64,000 bases of DNA from Rhodospirillales bacterium (GTDB lineage Bacteria; Pseudomonadota; Alphaproteobacteria; UBA8366; JADFVY01), in contig CP070634.1 in the NCBI GenBank assembly GCA_020356105.1, positions 1,721,348-1,785,347 of the forward strand. Reading direction: 5' to 3'. Made by a program: the position numbers and the translations under genes. Positions 37,960-48,115 of this stretch are shown here, piece by piece. The notes below the pieces were generated by a model that was given only the letters and a program-made list of their open reading frames with translations, did no database searches and was not told the origin of the DNA. Position 1 is the stretch's first letter; each line of letters starts with the position of its first letter.

Positions 37960-39339
37960 ATGGACGAGTACAAATACGATTTCTTCGTCATCGGCGCCGG
38001 CTCGGCCGGGGTGCGCGCTGCGCGCATCGCCGGGCAGCTGGGCGCGCGCGTCGGCATCGCCGAGGACCGGTTCTTCGGCGGCACCTGCGTGAATATCGGC
38101 TGCGTGCCGAAGAAGCTGTTCGTATACGCCTCGCATTTCGCCGAAGAATTCGAGGATGCGGCCGGGTTCGGCTGGACGGTCGGCGAGCGGTCCTTCGACT
38201 GGCCGACGCTGATCACCAACAAGAACGCGGAGATCGAGCGCCTCAACGGCATATATGAGCGGATCCTCAAGAACGCCGGTGTGACGATCCACCGGGGCCG
38301 CGCGACAGTGACCGGGCCGAACGCGATAGCGGTCGGCGACGAGACGCTGACCGCGCAGCATATTCTCGTGGCGACCGGCGGTCGGCCCTTTGTCCCCGAC
38401 ATCAGGGGCCGCGAGCTTGCCGTGATCTCCGATGACATGTTCTATCTCGAAGAGTTCCCGAAACGGGTCGTCGTCGTCGGTGGAGGCTACATCGCCGTCG
38501 AATTCGCGGGGATTCTCAACGGGCTTGGCGCTGAAGTGACGCAGTTGTATCGCGGCCCGCATTTCCTGCGGGGGTTCGACGATGATCTGCGGCATTTCCT
38601 GTGTGACGAAATGCGCAAGAAGGGGATCGACGTTCGCTTCAACGCCACCGTCGAATGCCTTGAGAAGCGCCGTGGGCGAATCTGCGCCGAGCTTGCCGAC
38701 GGGACCGAAATCCCCGCAGATCTGGTTCTTTATGCGACCGGCCGGGTCCCCAACAGCGGGGGGCTGGGGCTGGAGGCGTTGGGGGTCGAACTCAACGAAG
38801 ACGGCGCCGTCGTCGTGGACGATGAATTCCGCACGTCGGTGCCGTCGGTTTTCGCCCTGGGCGATGTCATCGACCGGGTCCAGCTCACCCCGGTGGCTCT
38901 CGGCGAGGGGATGTGGTTGGCCCGCCGCCTGTTCGGCGGGGCGCCGCCGGAGCCCTTCGACTACGAATACGTCCCCAGTGCGGTGTTCAGCCAGCCGGCG
39001 ATCGGCACCGTCGGCTTGACGGAGGCCGCAGCGCGCAGTCGCTACGGTGCGGTCGACGTCTACATCTCGGAATTCCGGGCGCTCAAGCACACGCTGTCGG
39101 GCAACGAGGAACGCACGCTGATGAAACTGGTCGTTGACAAGGCGTCGGACCGCGTCGTCGGCGCCCATATGGCGGGGCCGGAGGCCGGTGAGATCATCCA
39201 GGGCCTCGCCATCGCCATCAAGATGGGCGCGACCAAGGCGCAATTCGACGCCACCATCGGCATCCACCCGACGGCTGCGGAGGAGTTCGTGACCATGCGC
39301 GAGCCAGTTGTCCGCGCCGGCGACGAGGCAACGGAGTAG
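37960..39339 (+). CDS. gor: Glutathione-disulfide reductase
   Basis: GAGSAGV, redox-active GGTCVNIGCVPKK and C-terminal HPTAAEEFV. Confidence 0.92.
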   Translation: MDEYKYDFFVIGAGSAGVRAARIAGQLGARVGIAEDRFFGGTCVNIGCVPKKLFVYASHFAEEFEDAAGFGWTVGERSFDWPTLITNKNAEIERLNGIYERILKNAGVTIHRGRATVTGPNAIAVGDETLTAQHILVATGGRPFVPDIRGRELAVISDDMFYLEEFPKRVVVVGGGYIAVEFAGILNGLGAEVTQLYRGPHFLRGFDDDLRHFLCDEMRKKGIDVRFNATVECLEKRRGRICAELADGTEIPADLVLYATGRVPNSGGLGLEALGVELNEDGAVVVDDEFRTSVPSVFALGDVIDRVQLTPVALGEGMWLARRLFGGAPPEPFDYEYVPSAVFSQPAIGTVGLTEAAARSRYGAVDVYISEFRALKHTLSGNEERTLMKLVVDKASDRVVGAHMAGPEAGEIIQGLAIAIKMGATKAQFDATIGIHPTAAEEFVTMREPVVRAGDEATE

Positions 39340-39532
39340 GGGCCGGGCGGTGGTCGGGGCATGACAGGTAGAAACGCCTCGCCTGCACTGCGCCAATGGG
39401 ATCGACCCATGGCGTCGCCGTATTTCCTGTGGAAAACTTCTGCCCAAAGGCGTATATCGGGCGTTCCGTATGGAAGCGGGCAGGAAATCAAGGCATTAGA
39501 CAAGGCGCTCGAAAGCGCTGGAGGGTGACGAG

Positions 39533-40915
39533 ATGGCGGCGAAATGGACACCGGACAGCTGGAAGAGCAAGCCGATCCGGCAGATGCCGACGTATACGGA
39601 TAGCGAGCGCTTGGCCCAGGTCGAGCACACGTTGCGCGAGTTGCCGCCGCTGGTGTTCGCAGGCGAGGCCCGTCGATTGCGGGAGGATCTCGCCGACGTG
39701 GCGCAGGGTCGGGCGTTCCTGTTGCAGGGCGGCGACTGCGCCGAGTCCTTCGCCGAGTTCGGTGCCAACACGATCCGCGATACCTTCAAGGTATTACTGC
39801 AGATGTCCGTCGTGCTGACCTATGCTGGCGCCAGCCCGGTGGTCAAGGTCGGCAGGATGGCCGGGCAGTTCGCCAAGCCGCGGTCGGCGGATACAGAGAC
39901 GCAAGACGGCATCGAACTGCCGAGCTACCGTGGCGACATCGTCAACGCCATCGAGTTCGAGGAACGCGCGCGCGTTCCGGATCCCGAGCGCATGGTGCGC
40001 GGTTACAACCAGGCGGCCGCGACGCTGAACCTGTTGCGTGCGTTCGCCCAGGGCGGTTTTGCGGATCTGCACAAGGTGCACCAGTGGAACCTCGATTTCG
40101 TATCCGGCAGCCCGCAGGGCGAGCGGTACGAAGAACTGGCCACGCGCATCTCGGAGTCGCTGGATTTCATGGAGGCGTGCGGAATCACGGCGGAAAGCGT
40201 GCCGCAGATCTCCGAGACGAATTTCTATACCAGCCATGAAGCCCTGTTGCTGACCTACGAGGAGGCGCTGGTCCGCAAGGACAGCCTGACCGGCGACTGG
40301 TACGATTGTTCGGCGCATTTTCTGTGGATCGGCGAACGCACCCGCGACCCGGACGGCGCGCATGTCGAATTCCTGCGCGGTGTCAACAATCCGATCGGCG
40401 TGAAGCTGGGGCCTTCCGCCGATCCCGACGAGCTGATCCGACTGATTGATATCCTCAATCCCGCAAATGATCCGGGGCGGCTGACACTGATCAGCCGAAT
40501 GGGCCACGACAAGGTGCGTGACGCTCTGCCCGCGCTGGTCCGCAAGGTCGAACGCGAGGGCCGCACCGTCGTCTGGTCTTGCGATCCGATGCATGGCAAT
40601 ACGGTCAAGTCGGACAGCGGTTACAAGACCCGTCCATTTGACCGGATCCTCGATGAGGTGCGGGGCTTCTTCGAGGTTCATCGCGAGGTGGGTTCCTATG
40701 CGGGCGGGGTGCATTTCGAGATGACCGGCCAGGACGTGACCGAGTGCCTGGGCGGGGCCCAGGCGATCAGCGATGAGGATCTTTCGGCGCGTTATCACAC
40801 GCACTGCGATCCGCGGCTCAACGCGAGCCAGTCGCTTGAATTGGCGTTCCTGATCGCGGACTCACTGAAGGAACAGCGTGCCGGACGGCGATCGCGCCTT
40901 GCCGCCGCGTCATAG
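39533..40915 (+). CDS. Class II 3-deoxy-7-phosphoheptulonate (DAHP) synthase
   Basis: [18 protein letters not shown]-terminus, [11 protein letters not shown] and CDPMHGN; 460 aa. Confidence 0.93.
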   Translation: MAAKWTPDSWKSKPIRQMPTYTDSERLAQVEHTLRELPPLVFAGEARRLREDLADVAQGRAFLLQGGDCAESFAEFGANTIRDTFKVLLQMSVVLTYAGASPVVKVGRMAGQFAKPRSADTETQDGIELPSYRGDIVNAIEFEERARVPDPERMVRGYNQAAATLNLLRAFAQGGFADLHKVHQWNLDFVSGSPQGERYEELATRISESLDFMEACGITAESVPQISETNFYTSHEALLLTYEEALVRKDSLTGDWYDCSAHFLWIGERTRDPDGAHVEFLRGVNNPIGVKLGPSADPDELIRLIDILNPANDPGRLTLISRMGHDKVRDALPALVRKVEREGRTVVWSCDPMHGNTVKSDSGYKTRPFDRILDEVRGFFEVHREVGSYAGGVHFEMTGQDVTECLGGAQAISDEDLSARYHTHCDPRLNASQSLELAFLIADSLKEQRAGRRSRLAAAS

Positions 40916-40954
40916 GATGCCGGGCCAGCGGCACGCCGCTTAAGGAGGGTTGTG

Positions 40955-42094
40955 ATGACCCCGAAACCGGAAGCCATAGCGCGCTGGACGGATTCCTACT
41001 TCAACCGCACGCGCTGTGTCGTCGAGAGTTTCGGCGATTGTATCGCCACCTACGCGATCTTCATGAGACGCCCCGTTGTGTCCGCCCCGCGCCTGGCGAT
41101 CGAATGGCTGGAGACGGTCGCGGCGGAACGCGGTGCAGAGCTGGAAATTGACCTGCGATACGAAGAGGGCCGCTGGGTCGGCGCCGGCGAGCCGCTGATT
41201 TATATAACGGGCCCGCTGACCCTGCTCGTCGATCTGGAAACGTTGCTGCTGCAGAAGATCGGGCCGGCCTGCGTTGCGGCCTACAACGCGGCCGCCATGT
41301 GCATGGACCTGCCCAAGGTCTCGTTCCTCGCGATGGATGCGCGCCACTGCGCCGGCACCGAAATGGCGGATTTGATGGCGTATGCCGCTTCGGTCGGCTC
41401 GCGCCGCGCCCGGCGTAAGGAAGATGCGATCGGATTCATCGGCAACGCGACCGATGCCACGGCACATTATTTCGGACTGCAGCAGGGTCTCGGAACGATG
41501 CCGCACGCGCTGGTCGGCTATGCGGGATCCACCGTCCGCGCCGCCGAAATGTTCCATGAGACATTCCCGGATGAGACTCTGACGGTGCTGGTGGATTATT
41601 TCGGGCATGAGGTCGCCGATTCGCTGGCCGTTTGCGCGCGGTTCCCCGAACTCGCCGCGGACGGCCGGCTTTCCGTGCGACTGGATACGCCCGGCTCACG
41701 GTTCTGCGAGGGGCTCGATCCGACGGCATCCTACGCGGTGCTTGATCGTCACGTCCCGCGGGCAATCCGCGGCTACCGCACCGAAGAAGAGATGCGCGAT
41801 CTTGTCGGGCCGGGCGTTTCGGCCGCCGCGATCTGGCACATGCGGGAACGGCTGGACGAGGCGGGGCATGACAATGTCCGGATTGTCGCATCCAGTGGAT
41901 TCGGCCCGCACAAATGCAAAACGATGGCCATCGCCAGGGCGCCGGTCGATGTGATCGGGACCGGATCCTACCTGCCTGATCGATGGACCGAGACATACGC
42001 AACCGCCGATATCATCGAGTATGACGGCGAGCCGCGGGTCAAGGTCGGACGCGAGTTCCTGCTGCGCCGGCCCGATGCGGAGGCGGCGGAATAG
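40955..42094 (+). CDS. Nicotinate phosphoribosyltransferase-family protein
   Basis: TDSYFNRT N-terminal motif and a type II PRTase-like barrel region. AAGGAGGG lies 6 nt upstream of the ATG. Confidence 0.8.
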   Translation: MTPKPEAIARWTDSYFNRTRCVVESFGDCIATYAIFMRRPVVSAPRLAIEWLETVAAERGAELEIDLRYEEGRWVGAGEPLIYITGPLTLLVDLETLLLQKIGPACVAAYNAAAMCMDLPKVSFLAMDARHCAGTEMADLMAYAASVGSRRARRKEDAIGFIGNATDATAHYFGLQQGLGTMPHALVGYAGSTVRAAEMFHETFPDETLTVLVDYFGHEVADSLAVCARFPELAADGRLSVRLDTPGSRFCEGLDPTASYAVLDRHVPRAIRGYRTEEEMRDLVGPGVSAAAIWHMRERLDEAGHDNVRIVASSGFGPHKCKTMAIARAPVDVIGTGSYLPDRWTETYATADIIEYDGEPRVKVGREFLLRRPDAEAAE

Positions 42095-42370
42095 GGGATC
42101 CTGAACGGGTTTTTGCGCGCCCATCGGAGACGATGGGAGACACTGGCGTGTCCCGGCCGCCAAGGTATCGCACTGGTCCACGTCAACAACCGGATGCTCG
42201 CCGTCGACACGTGCATGGGTCTCGACGGCGCATCGTCCTCCATTAGACAGCGCTGTCCGCGAACCGCAGACCGCCCGCCGCGTGTTCCTCCTTTCTCGCT
42301 CGGATCGATCGCGGGCCGCCGGGTCCGGCTGAGCCTTCGATCGCGGAAGCGCGGCCCTATGCGGAACCGT

Positions 42371-42433
42371 GATGATGACAAGTATATTGCCAATCGGATC
42401 TACAAGGCTTATGATGACAATAATATTGTCAAA
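42371..42433. promoter_or_regulatory. Two copies of a 24-bp AT-rich element, the second containing the palindrome TGACAATA-A-TATTGTCA
   Basis: GATGATGACAAGTATATTGCCAAT (42371-42394) and TATGATGACAATAATATTGTCAAA (42410-42433) match at 21 of 24 positions, 39 bp apart, about 90 nt upstream of the next ATG. Confidence 0.4.
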
Positions 42434-42522
42434 ATAGCTCAAAGCAAGTGAGCATGGTGGCATGCCAGCCCATTTGGGGCGGTCATGAACCGGACCACAA
42501 CGCACGGATCAAGGAGACCGAC

Positions 42523-43038
42523 ATGAACACGAGGAAGCACCGCCGGACACGGCATTTCAACTTCATGATGGCAGCGCTGGGCATCGTCGGCCTGATTGCC
42601 ATTTTGTGGGCGACCGGTCCGCTGGCCGGGGCGTCGCAAAGGGGTCACCATGGTTGGCCGGGTTCGCACGGAGATCGCCAATCCGCCATGTGGATCTGCG
42701 ATGCGAGGGAGGCCGACATGTTGGCCGACGTCGGCGCGCATATCGGGGCATGGCTCGACCTGGACGCGGCACAGGAGGCGGCGTGGCGGCAAGTCGAGCT
42801 GGAATTGGAGCGCGGATATTCGCGGCTGGCTGCGACGTGCGCCGATCTCGAGGCGGGCGCCGATGCATCCAGCTGGCCGGGACGGTTGGCATCCCTGGAA
42901 TCGCTGTTGGTCGCAGGAGCCGATGTTCTGCGCGACGTGCGGCCGGTGTTCACGGCGTTCTACGAGATTCTCGACGAAGCCCAGATTCGGACGCTCGAGG
43001 CGCATTCACGTCGGCACGCATTCACGTCGCGCCCGTAA
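42523..43038 (+). CDS. Spy/CpxP-family periplasmic protein
   Basis: AAGGAG lies 6 nt upstream. It has an N-terminal signal anchor, then helical LDxAQ-type repeats (DLDAAQEAAW, ILDEAQIRTLE). Confidence 0.7.
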   Translation: MNTRKHRRTRHFNFMMAALGIVGLIAILWATGPLAGASQRGHHGWPGSHGDRQSAMWICDAREADMLADVGAHIGAWLDLDAAQEAAWRQVELELERGYSRLAATCADLEAGADASSWPGRLASLESLLVAGADVLRDVRPVFTAFYEILDEAQIRTLEAHSRRHAFTSRP

Positions 43039-43058
43039 GGGCCAGCAAAAACACTCCG

Positions 43059-43107
43059 AGAACGGCCGGCGGATGCCGAAGCGATGGCCATTCCGTCGGC
43101 CGGTTCT
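43059..43107. terminator. Imperfect long hairpin between convergent genes (possible bidirectional terminator)
   Basis: AGAACGGCCGGCGG pairs with CCGTCGGCCGGTTCT (two bulges). A TTTTT run follows on the minus strand. Confidence 0.4.
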
Positions 43108-43127
43108 TACGGCGTCGTTCGCCGTCG

Positions 43128-43982
43128 TCAGGGTGCTGTGCGCCGAACGGGCGATGGCCGTGTTGCAGCGTCGAGGTCCGCGAAGAAATCGTCCAGAATC
43201 TCCAGCACCACTGGTCCATATCGGTCCCGAACGCGCTCCCGGCCCGTCGGCGCTGCCAGCTGGACGCGCAGCGAGCGGAACAGCGCCTGCATCAGCATTG
43301 CGAACTCCGAATCCCCGAAGACCCAGCCCCGCTCCGTCTCGTTCTCGCCGAGCGGCATCTGCGAGACGATCACACCCATCATCCATGCGCGGCGCTTGGC
43401 GAAATTGGCGAAATGCTTGCTCAGGTGGACCAGGATATCGTTCACGATGACCGTGCTGGTCGGGTCCTCGTAGATATCACTCCAGTCGAAATCGTTGCCT
43501 CTGGCGGTTTGAATGATCCGCACCAGTTCGCGGCAACGGCTCTGGTACTGGTTGAGCAAGACCGGCCCGAGAATCTGGTACAGCGCCGAAAGGTAACCTG
43601 GCAGGATTCGCCGCGACAGCCCCTCACCCGGCACAACCGGCTGGTCTGCCGCCGGAAAGAGATGGGCGACCGGATTGACCATCAACCGCTCGAACGGCAT
43701 GCGCCGGCTGCTCTCGCGCCGCACCTCGTCGATCACCGAGAGGCACTCGTTCCAGCCTGTGCGATAGAACTCGCGGGCATCGCTCTCGGTGTTGTTCCGG
43801 AAGGTTTCAATCGCGGTCCGGAGTTGTGCCGCATCGAGCATGCCGCCGTGCTTCGCCGCCTCGCCCTGCAGATGCTCGGCAATCCGATCGAGGACGATCT
43901 GTGTCAGGGCTTTCAGCCGGGTCGGGCCGGGCCCCAACTCCGGGTATCCATCATCGAACCTATCCATCCCCTCATGTCCCAC
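43128..43982 (-). CDS. Hypothetical protein, paralogue A
   Basis: Protein-like and acidic/helical. It shares blocks with the next gene: PFERLMVNPVAHLFP, LSRRILPGYLSAL and DFDWSDIYEDP. Confidence 0.75.
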   Translation of the reverse strand: MGHEGMDRFDDGYPELGPGPTRLKALTQIVLDRIAEHLQGEAAKHGGMLDAAQLRTAIETFRNNTESDAREFYRTGWNECLSVIDEVRRESSRRMPFERLMVNPVAHLFPAADQPVVPGEGLSRRILPGYLSALYQILGPVLLNQYQSRCRELVRIIQTARGNDFDWSDIYEDPTSTVIVNDILVHLSKHFANFAKRRAWMMGVIVSQMPLGENETERGWVFGDSEFAMLMQALFRSLRVQLAAPTGRERVRDRYGPVVLEILDDFFADLDAATRPSPVRRTAP

Positions 43983-44145
43983 TCAAATCGCCGCCGACCC
44001 GCAACGCGACCGGCGGCCCGTCGCAACACGGGCAGTTTTCTGCAATTCTCCAAAGGTTCAGGTATAAGCGAGAAAGGTAAAGATACCCGTAATATGAGCG
44101 GTCGCACCCTTCGCAATCGCGGGGCGGCGCGCGGCCGCTCAACCC

Positions 44146-44955
44146 TCAGCCCTCAAACAGTGCCGCGAGCAGCGCCCGCACGTTCGCGATCGCCGCCGCG
44201 CCATGCCGTTCGATAAGATCGCTCTCGCCGTTGGCGGTTGCCAGCATCCGCCCGAGATTCGAGTACAGCGCCCGCATCAAGACCCGGAAACCGTCGTCGT
44301 CAAGGGCGATGGCATGACCCCAGCCGTTGGTCGGCAGCGGCATCGCGTCGTTTACAAGCCCGATGAACCAGTCCCGCTGGTCCTCGTAATCGCCGAACTC
44401 TCCGGCAAGACGAACAAGCACGTCGTCGACGATGTCCTGGCTCTGGCGATCCGCGTAGACGTCTTCCCAGCGGAAGGCGCCGCCTCGTGACGTTCGCGTC
44501 GCGCGTACGAGATCGCGGCTACGCTCCAGCTGGCGCCCGAAGAAGACCGGCCCGATCATATCCTCCAGCGCCGCCATGTATCCCGGTATGACGCGTCGCG
44601 ACAACGTACCCGCGGGACCGTCCCGGTTGCCGTGCTCGGGCAGCAGATGCGCAAATGGCCAGACCATCAGGCGCTGGAACGGGGCCTTGCGATCCTCGCC
44701 CCGGCCCTCGGACTCGAAGATTGCGCCACAATCGTCCCACACCGCCTCGCAGATCGCCGCAACCACCGGGGAGTCGGCCCGCTTGAACGCGTCCAGGACC
44801 GCCCCGATCTCCTCGATGCTGATCGAACCGCCGCCCGCCGCGGCGCGCTCCTTCATGTCCCGGGCCAGAAGGTTGACAGCACGATACAGATAGCCGCGAA
44901 CCACCGCCGGCCCCGGCTCCTGCCTCTCGGGGATCTGATTTGTCATGTCGCCCAA
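44146..44955 (-). CDS. Hypothetical protein, paralogue B
   Basis: It shares PFQRLMVWPFAHLLP, LSRRVIPGYMAAL and AFRWEDVYADR with paralogue A. Confidence 0.75.
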   Translation of the reverse strand: MGDMTNQIPERQEPGPAVVRGYLYRAVNLLARDMKERAAAGGGSISIEEIGAVLDAFKRADSPVVAAICEAVWDDCGAIFESEGRGEDRKAPFQRLMVWPFAHLLPEHGNRDGPAGTLSRRVIPGYMAALEDMIGPVFFGRQLERSRDLVRATRTSRGGAFRWEDVYADRQSQDIVDDVLVRLAGEFGDYEDQRDWFIGLVNDAMPLPTNGWGHAIALDDDGFRVLMRALYSNLGRMLATANGESDLIERHGAAAIANVRALLAALFEG

Positions 44956-45095
44956 TATCCTCCGGCACCAGCCCGTCTCGCCGGCGCACCACGTTTCGCG
45001 CAGCTTCCGCTTGATTTCAAGGTTGCCGCAATAGGATAGTCGGCATCACGAAGTTCTGCCACATTGTCGGCGCGAGCCCGGCGACCTGATGGACC

Positions 45096-46658
45096 ATGGC
45101 CGACCGATTGAAGATACTCCTGGCCCAACGCAATCCGACCGTTGGGGATATAGGCGGCAACGCCGCGCAGATTCGCGAGGCCAGAACCGCGGCCGCGGCG
45201 GAAGGCGTCGATCTCGTGATCTTCCCGGAGCTGTTCGCATGCGGCTATCCGCCGGAGGATCTCGTGCTCAAGCCGTTCTTTCAGGATCGGGTCGAGGATG
45301 CGGTGCGCGCGCTCGCGCGCGATACCGATGACGGTGGCCCGGGGTTGTTGATCGGCGCGCCGTGGCGCGATGGCGGCGCCCTTTACAATGCGGCCTTGCT
45401 GCTGGACGGCGGTCGCGTCGCCGCCAAGCGCTTCAAGCATGATCTGCCGAATTACAGCGTGTTCGACGAGAAACGGGTGTTTGCGGCGGGACCGCTGCCG
45501 GGGCCCATCTCGTTCCGCGGCGTGCGGCTGGGCGTACTGGTCTGCGAGGATATGTGGACGCCCGACGTCGCGGAATGCCTTGAGGAGTCCGGGGCGGAGA
45601 TCCTCGTGGTGCTGAACGGATCGCCATTCGAGAGCGACAAGGGCGATGTCCGCATGAACCACGCGACACAGCGGGTCACCGAGTCGCGCCTGCCGCTGAT
45701 CTATGTCAACCAGGTCGGCGGCCAGGACGAGTTGGTATTCGACGGTTTATCCTTCGTGCTGAACGCCGATCGATCGATCGCCGCGTTCCTGCCAGCCTTC
45801 CGGGCCGCCGACATTTCGACCGAGTGGGCTCGCGCCGCGAAGGGCTGGGTCTGCGCACAGGCGCTGCGCGCCGCGCCGCCCGATGATGATGAAGCGATGT
45901 ACCGCGCGATGGTCCTGGGGCTTGCCGACTACGTGCGCAAGAATGGATTTCCCGGCGTGATTGTCGGGCTTTCCGGCGGTATCGACTCCGCGTTGACCGC
46001 GGTGGTCGCGGTCGATGCCCTGGGCGCCGAACGGGTGCACTGCGTGATGATGCCGTCGCCCTACACCAGTGAGGAGAGCCTCGAAGACGCCGCGGATTGC
46101 GCGCAACGACTCGGGGTCGAGCTCGACGAGATCAGCATCGCGCCGGCGATGTCGGCGTTCGAGACGATGATGCGGCCGGTCTTCGGGGACCGCGCGCCTG
46201 ACACGACGGAGGAGAACATCCAGGCGCGCAGCCGGGGTATCGTCCTGATGGCGCTGTCGAACAAGCTTGGCCACATGCTGCTGACCACCGGAAACAAATC
46301 CGAGATGTCGGTGGGATACGCGACCCTTTACGGCGATATGGCCGGAGGCTACTCGGTGCTGAAGGACGTCTACAAGACCGATGTGTTTCGCCTCGCGCGG
46401 TGGCGTAACGAGCGCCGGCCGGACGATCTTGCCGGCCCGGCCGGATGCGTGATACCGGAGCGGATTCTCACGAAGGCGCCGTCGGCCGAGTTGCGGCCGG
46501 ACCAGACCGACCAGGATTCATTGCCGCCCTACGAGGTTCTGGACGATATCCTGCGCTGCCTGATCGAGGGCGAAATGGGTGTCGACGAGATCGTCGCGCG
46601 CGGCCATCCGCCGGAGCTGGTGCAGCGGGTCTGGCGGATGCTGGATATCGCGGAATAA
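45096..46658 (+). CDS. nadE: Glutamine-dependent NAD+ synthetase, ending at a premature-looking TAA (see findings)
   Basis: CN-hydrolase domain (FPELFACGYPPEDL, VLVCEDMW) plus PP-loop GLSGGIDSA. The frame continues for 33 more codons after the TAA. Confidence 0.9.
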   Translation: MADRLKILLAQRNPTVGDIGGNAAQIREARTAAAAEGVDLVIFPELFACGYPPEDLVLKPFFQDRVEDAVRALARDTDDGGPGLLIGAPWRDGGALYNAALLLDGGRVAAKRFKHDLPNYSVFDEKRVFAAGPLPGPISFRGVRLGVLVCEDMWTPDVAECLEESGAEILVVLNGSPFESDKGDVRMNHATQRVTESRLPLIYVNQVGGQDELVFDGLSFVLNADRSIAAFLPAFRAADISTEWARAAKGWVCAQALRAAPPDDDEAMYRAMVLGLADYVRKNGFPGVIVGLSGGIDSALTAVVAVDALGAERVHCVMMPSPYTSEESLEDAADCAQRLGVELDEISIAPAMSAFETMMRPVFGDRAPDTTEENIQARSRGIVLMALSNKLGHMLLTTGNKSEMSVGYATLYGDMAGGYSVLKDVYKTDVFRLARWRNERRPDDLAGPAGCVIPERILTKAPSAELRPDQTDQDSLPPYEVLDDILRCLIEGEMGVDEIVARGHPPELVQRVWRMLDIAE

Positions 46659-46758
46659 AAGCGCCGGCAGGCGCCGCCGGGCGTCAAGCTGACCAGCCGG
46701 GCCTTCGGCCGTGACCGCCGATACCCGATCACCAACGCGTTCTTCAAGATCCTCTAGG

Positions 46759-48111
46759 ATGGCCGGGCAGCTCAAGGTCCGCTTCGCGCCCAGCCCTACC
46801 GGGCTGTTGCATGTCGGCAATGCCCGGCTGGCGCTGGTCAACTGGCTGTTCGCCCGCCATGGCGGCGGCACCTTCCTGCTGCGGCTGGACGATACCGATG
46901 TCGATCGCTCGGATGCCAGGTACGGTGCCGCCATCGAGGGTGACCTCGGGTGGCTCGGCCTGCACTGGGACGAGTTCGCGCGGCAGTCGGACCGTCTGGC
47001 CCGCTACGCGGCCGCGATCGAGCGGCTGAAGGCGGCGGGGCGGTTATATCCGTGCTACGAGACGCCCGAGGAATTGTCGCTCAAGCGCAAGCAACAGCTG
47101 AGCCAGGGCCGACCGCCGGTGTACGACCGGGCCGCGCTGAGCCTGGGAGATTCCGACCGCGCCCGTCTCGAACGGGACGGCCGGCGGCCGCACTGGCGCT
47201 TCCTGCTCGAGGAGAGAGCGGTCGCGTGGCACGATCTTGCGCGCGGTCCGGTCCGCTTCGAGCCGGGCCATATGAGCGACCCGGTGTTGGTCCGCGAGGA
47301 CGGACATCCCCTCTACACGCTCTCGTCGGTCGTCGACGATGGCGAGCTCGGGATAACGCATGTGGTCCGCGGCGAGGATCACGTCGCCAACACGGCCGTC
47401 CAGATCCAGCTCTTCGAAGCGCTGGCGTTCGTTGTGCCCGCATTCGCGCATCTGCCGCTGCTGATGGGAGATGACGGCAAACCCCTGTCGAAGCGTCTGG
47501 AAAGCCTGAGCATCAAGGCGCTGCGCGACGACGGAATCGAGGCGGGCGCGCTGTGCGCCTATCTTGCCCATCTGGGCACCCCGACCTCGGCGAGCGGCGC
47601 CGAAAGCATGGAGGACCTGGTCGCCGGCTTCGACATCGCCGCGTTCGGGCGCGCGGCGCCGCGGTTCGATCGGTCGGAGCTCGAGCATCTGAACATGCGC
47701 CTTCTTCATCGCCTCCCGTTTGACGCCGTGCGCGAGCGGCTCGGCCTGGAGGGAGCGGACGAGGCCTTCTGGGCGGCGGTCCGGCCCAATCTGACCCGGC
47801 TCGAGGATGCCCGCATATGGTGGCGCATCCTGCACGGAGACGTCGAACCGGTCATCAGCGATGCGGCACTCTGCCGGACGGCCGCTGCGCTGTTGCCGGA
47901 TGAACCGTGGGACGAAACCACGTTCAAGAGCTGGGCCGAGGCCGTCGGCAAGGCAACCGGCGCAAAGGGAAAGGCGCTCTTCATGCCGCTGCGACAGGCG
48001 CTGACCGGCATGGACCATGGACCAGAACTGAGGGTTCTGTTACCTATGCTCGGCCGCGAGCGGGCACTGGCGCGGCTGACATCGGCAACCCCCACCAAGG
48101 CCGGATCCTGA
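46759..48111 (+). CDS. gltX: Glutamate--tRNA ligase
   Basis: [16 protein letters not shown] (HIGH region) and a KPLSKR (KMSKS-like) motif. The start is set at MAGQLKVRF. Confidence 0.93.
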   Translation: MAGQLKVRFAPSPTGLLHVGNARLALVNWLFARHGGGTFLLRLDDTDVDRSDARYGAAIEGDLGWLGLHWDEFARQSDRLARYAAAIERLKAAGRLYPCYETPEELSLKRKQQLSQGRPPVYDRAALSLGDSDRARLERDGRRPHWRFLLEERAVAWHDLARGPVRFEPGHMSDPVLVREDGHPLYTLSSVVDDGELGITHVVRGEDHVANTAVQIQLFEALAFVVPAFAHLPLLMGDDGKPLSKRLESLSIKALRDDGIEAGALCAYLAHLGTPTSASGAESMEDLVAGFDIAAFGRAAPRFDRSELEHLNMRLLHRLPFDAVRERLGLEGADEAFWAAVRPNLTRLEDARIWWRILHGDVEPVISDAALCRTAAALLPDEPWDETTFKSWAEAVGKATGAKGKALFMPLRQALTGMDHGPELRVLLPMLGRERALARLTSATPTKAGS

Positions 48112-48115
48112 CGAC

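Noticed and set aside
42113-42451. A 112-codon plus-strand ORF across the NAPRTase / Spy-like spacer.
   Set aside because: It has a non-ATG start, mixed codon bias and an Arg-rich middle. Its C-terminal part is simply the translation of the AT-rich repeats. I treat the region as non-coding; see the findings.
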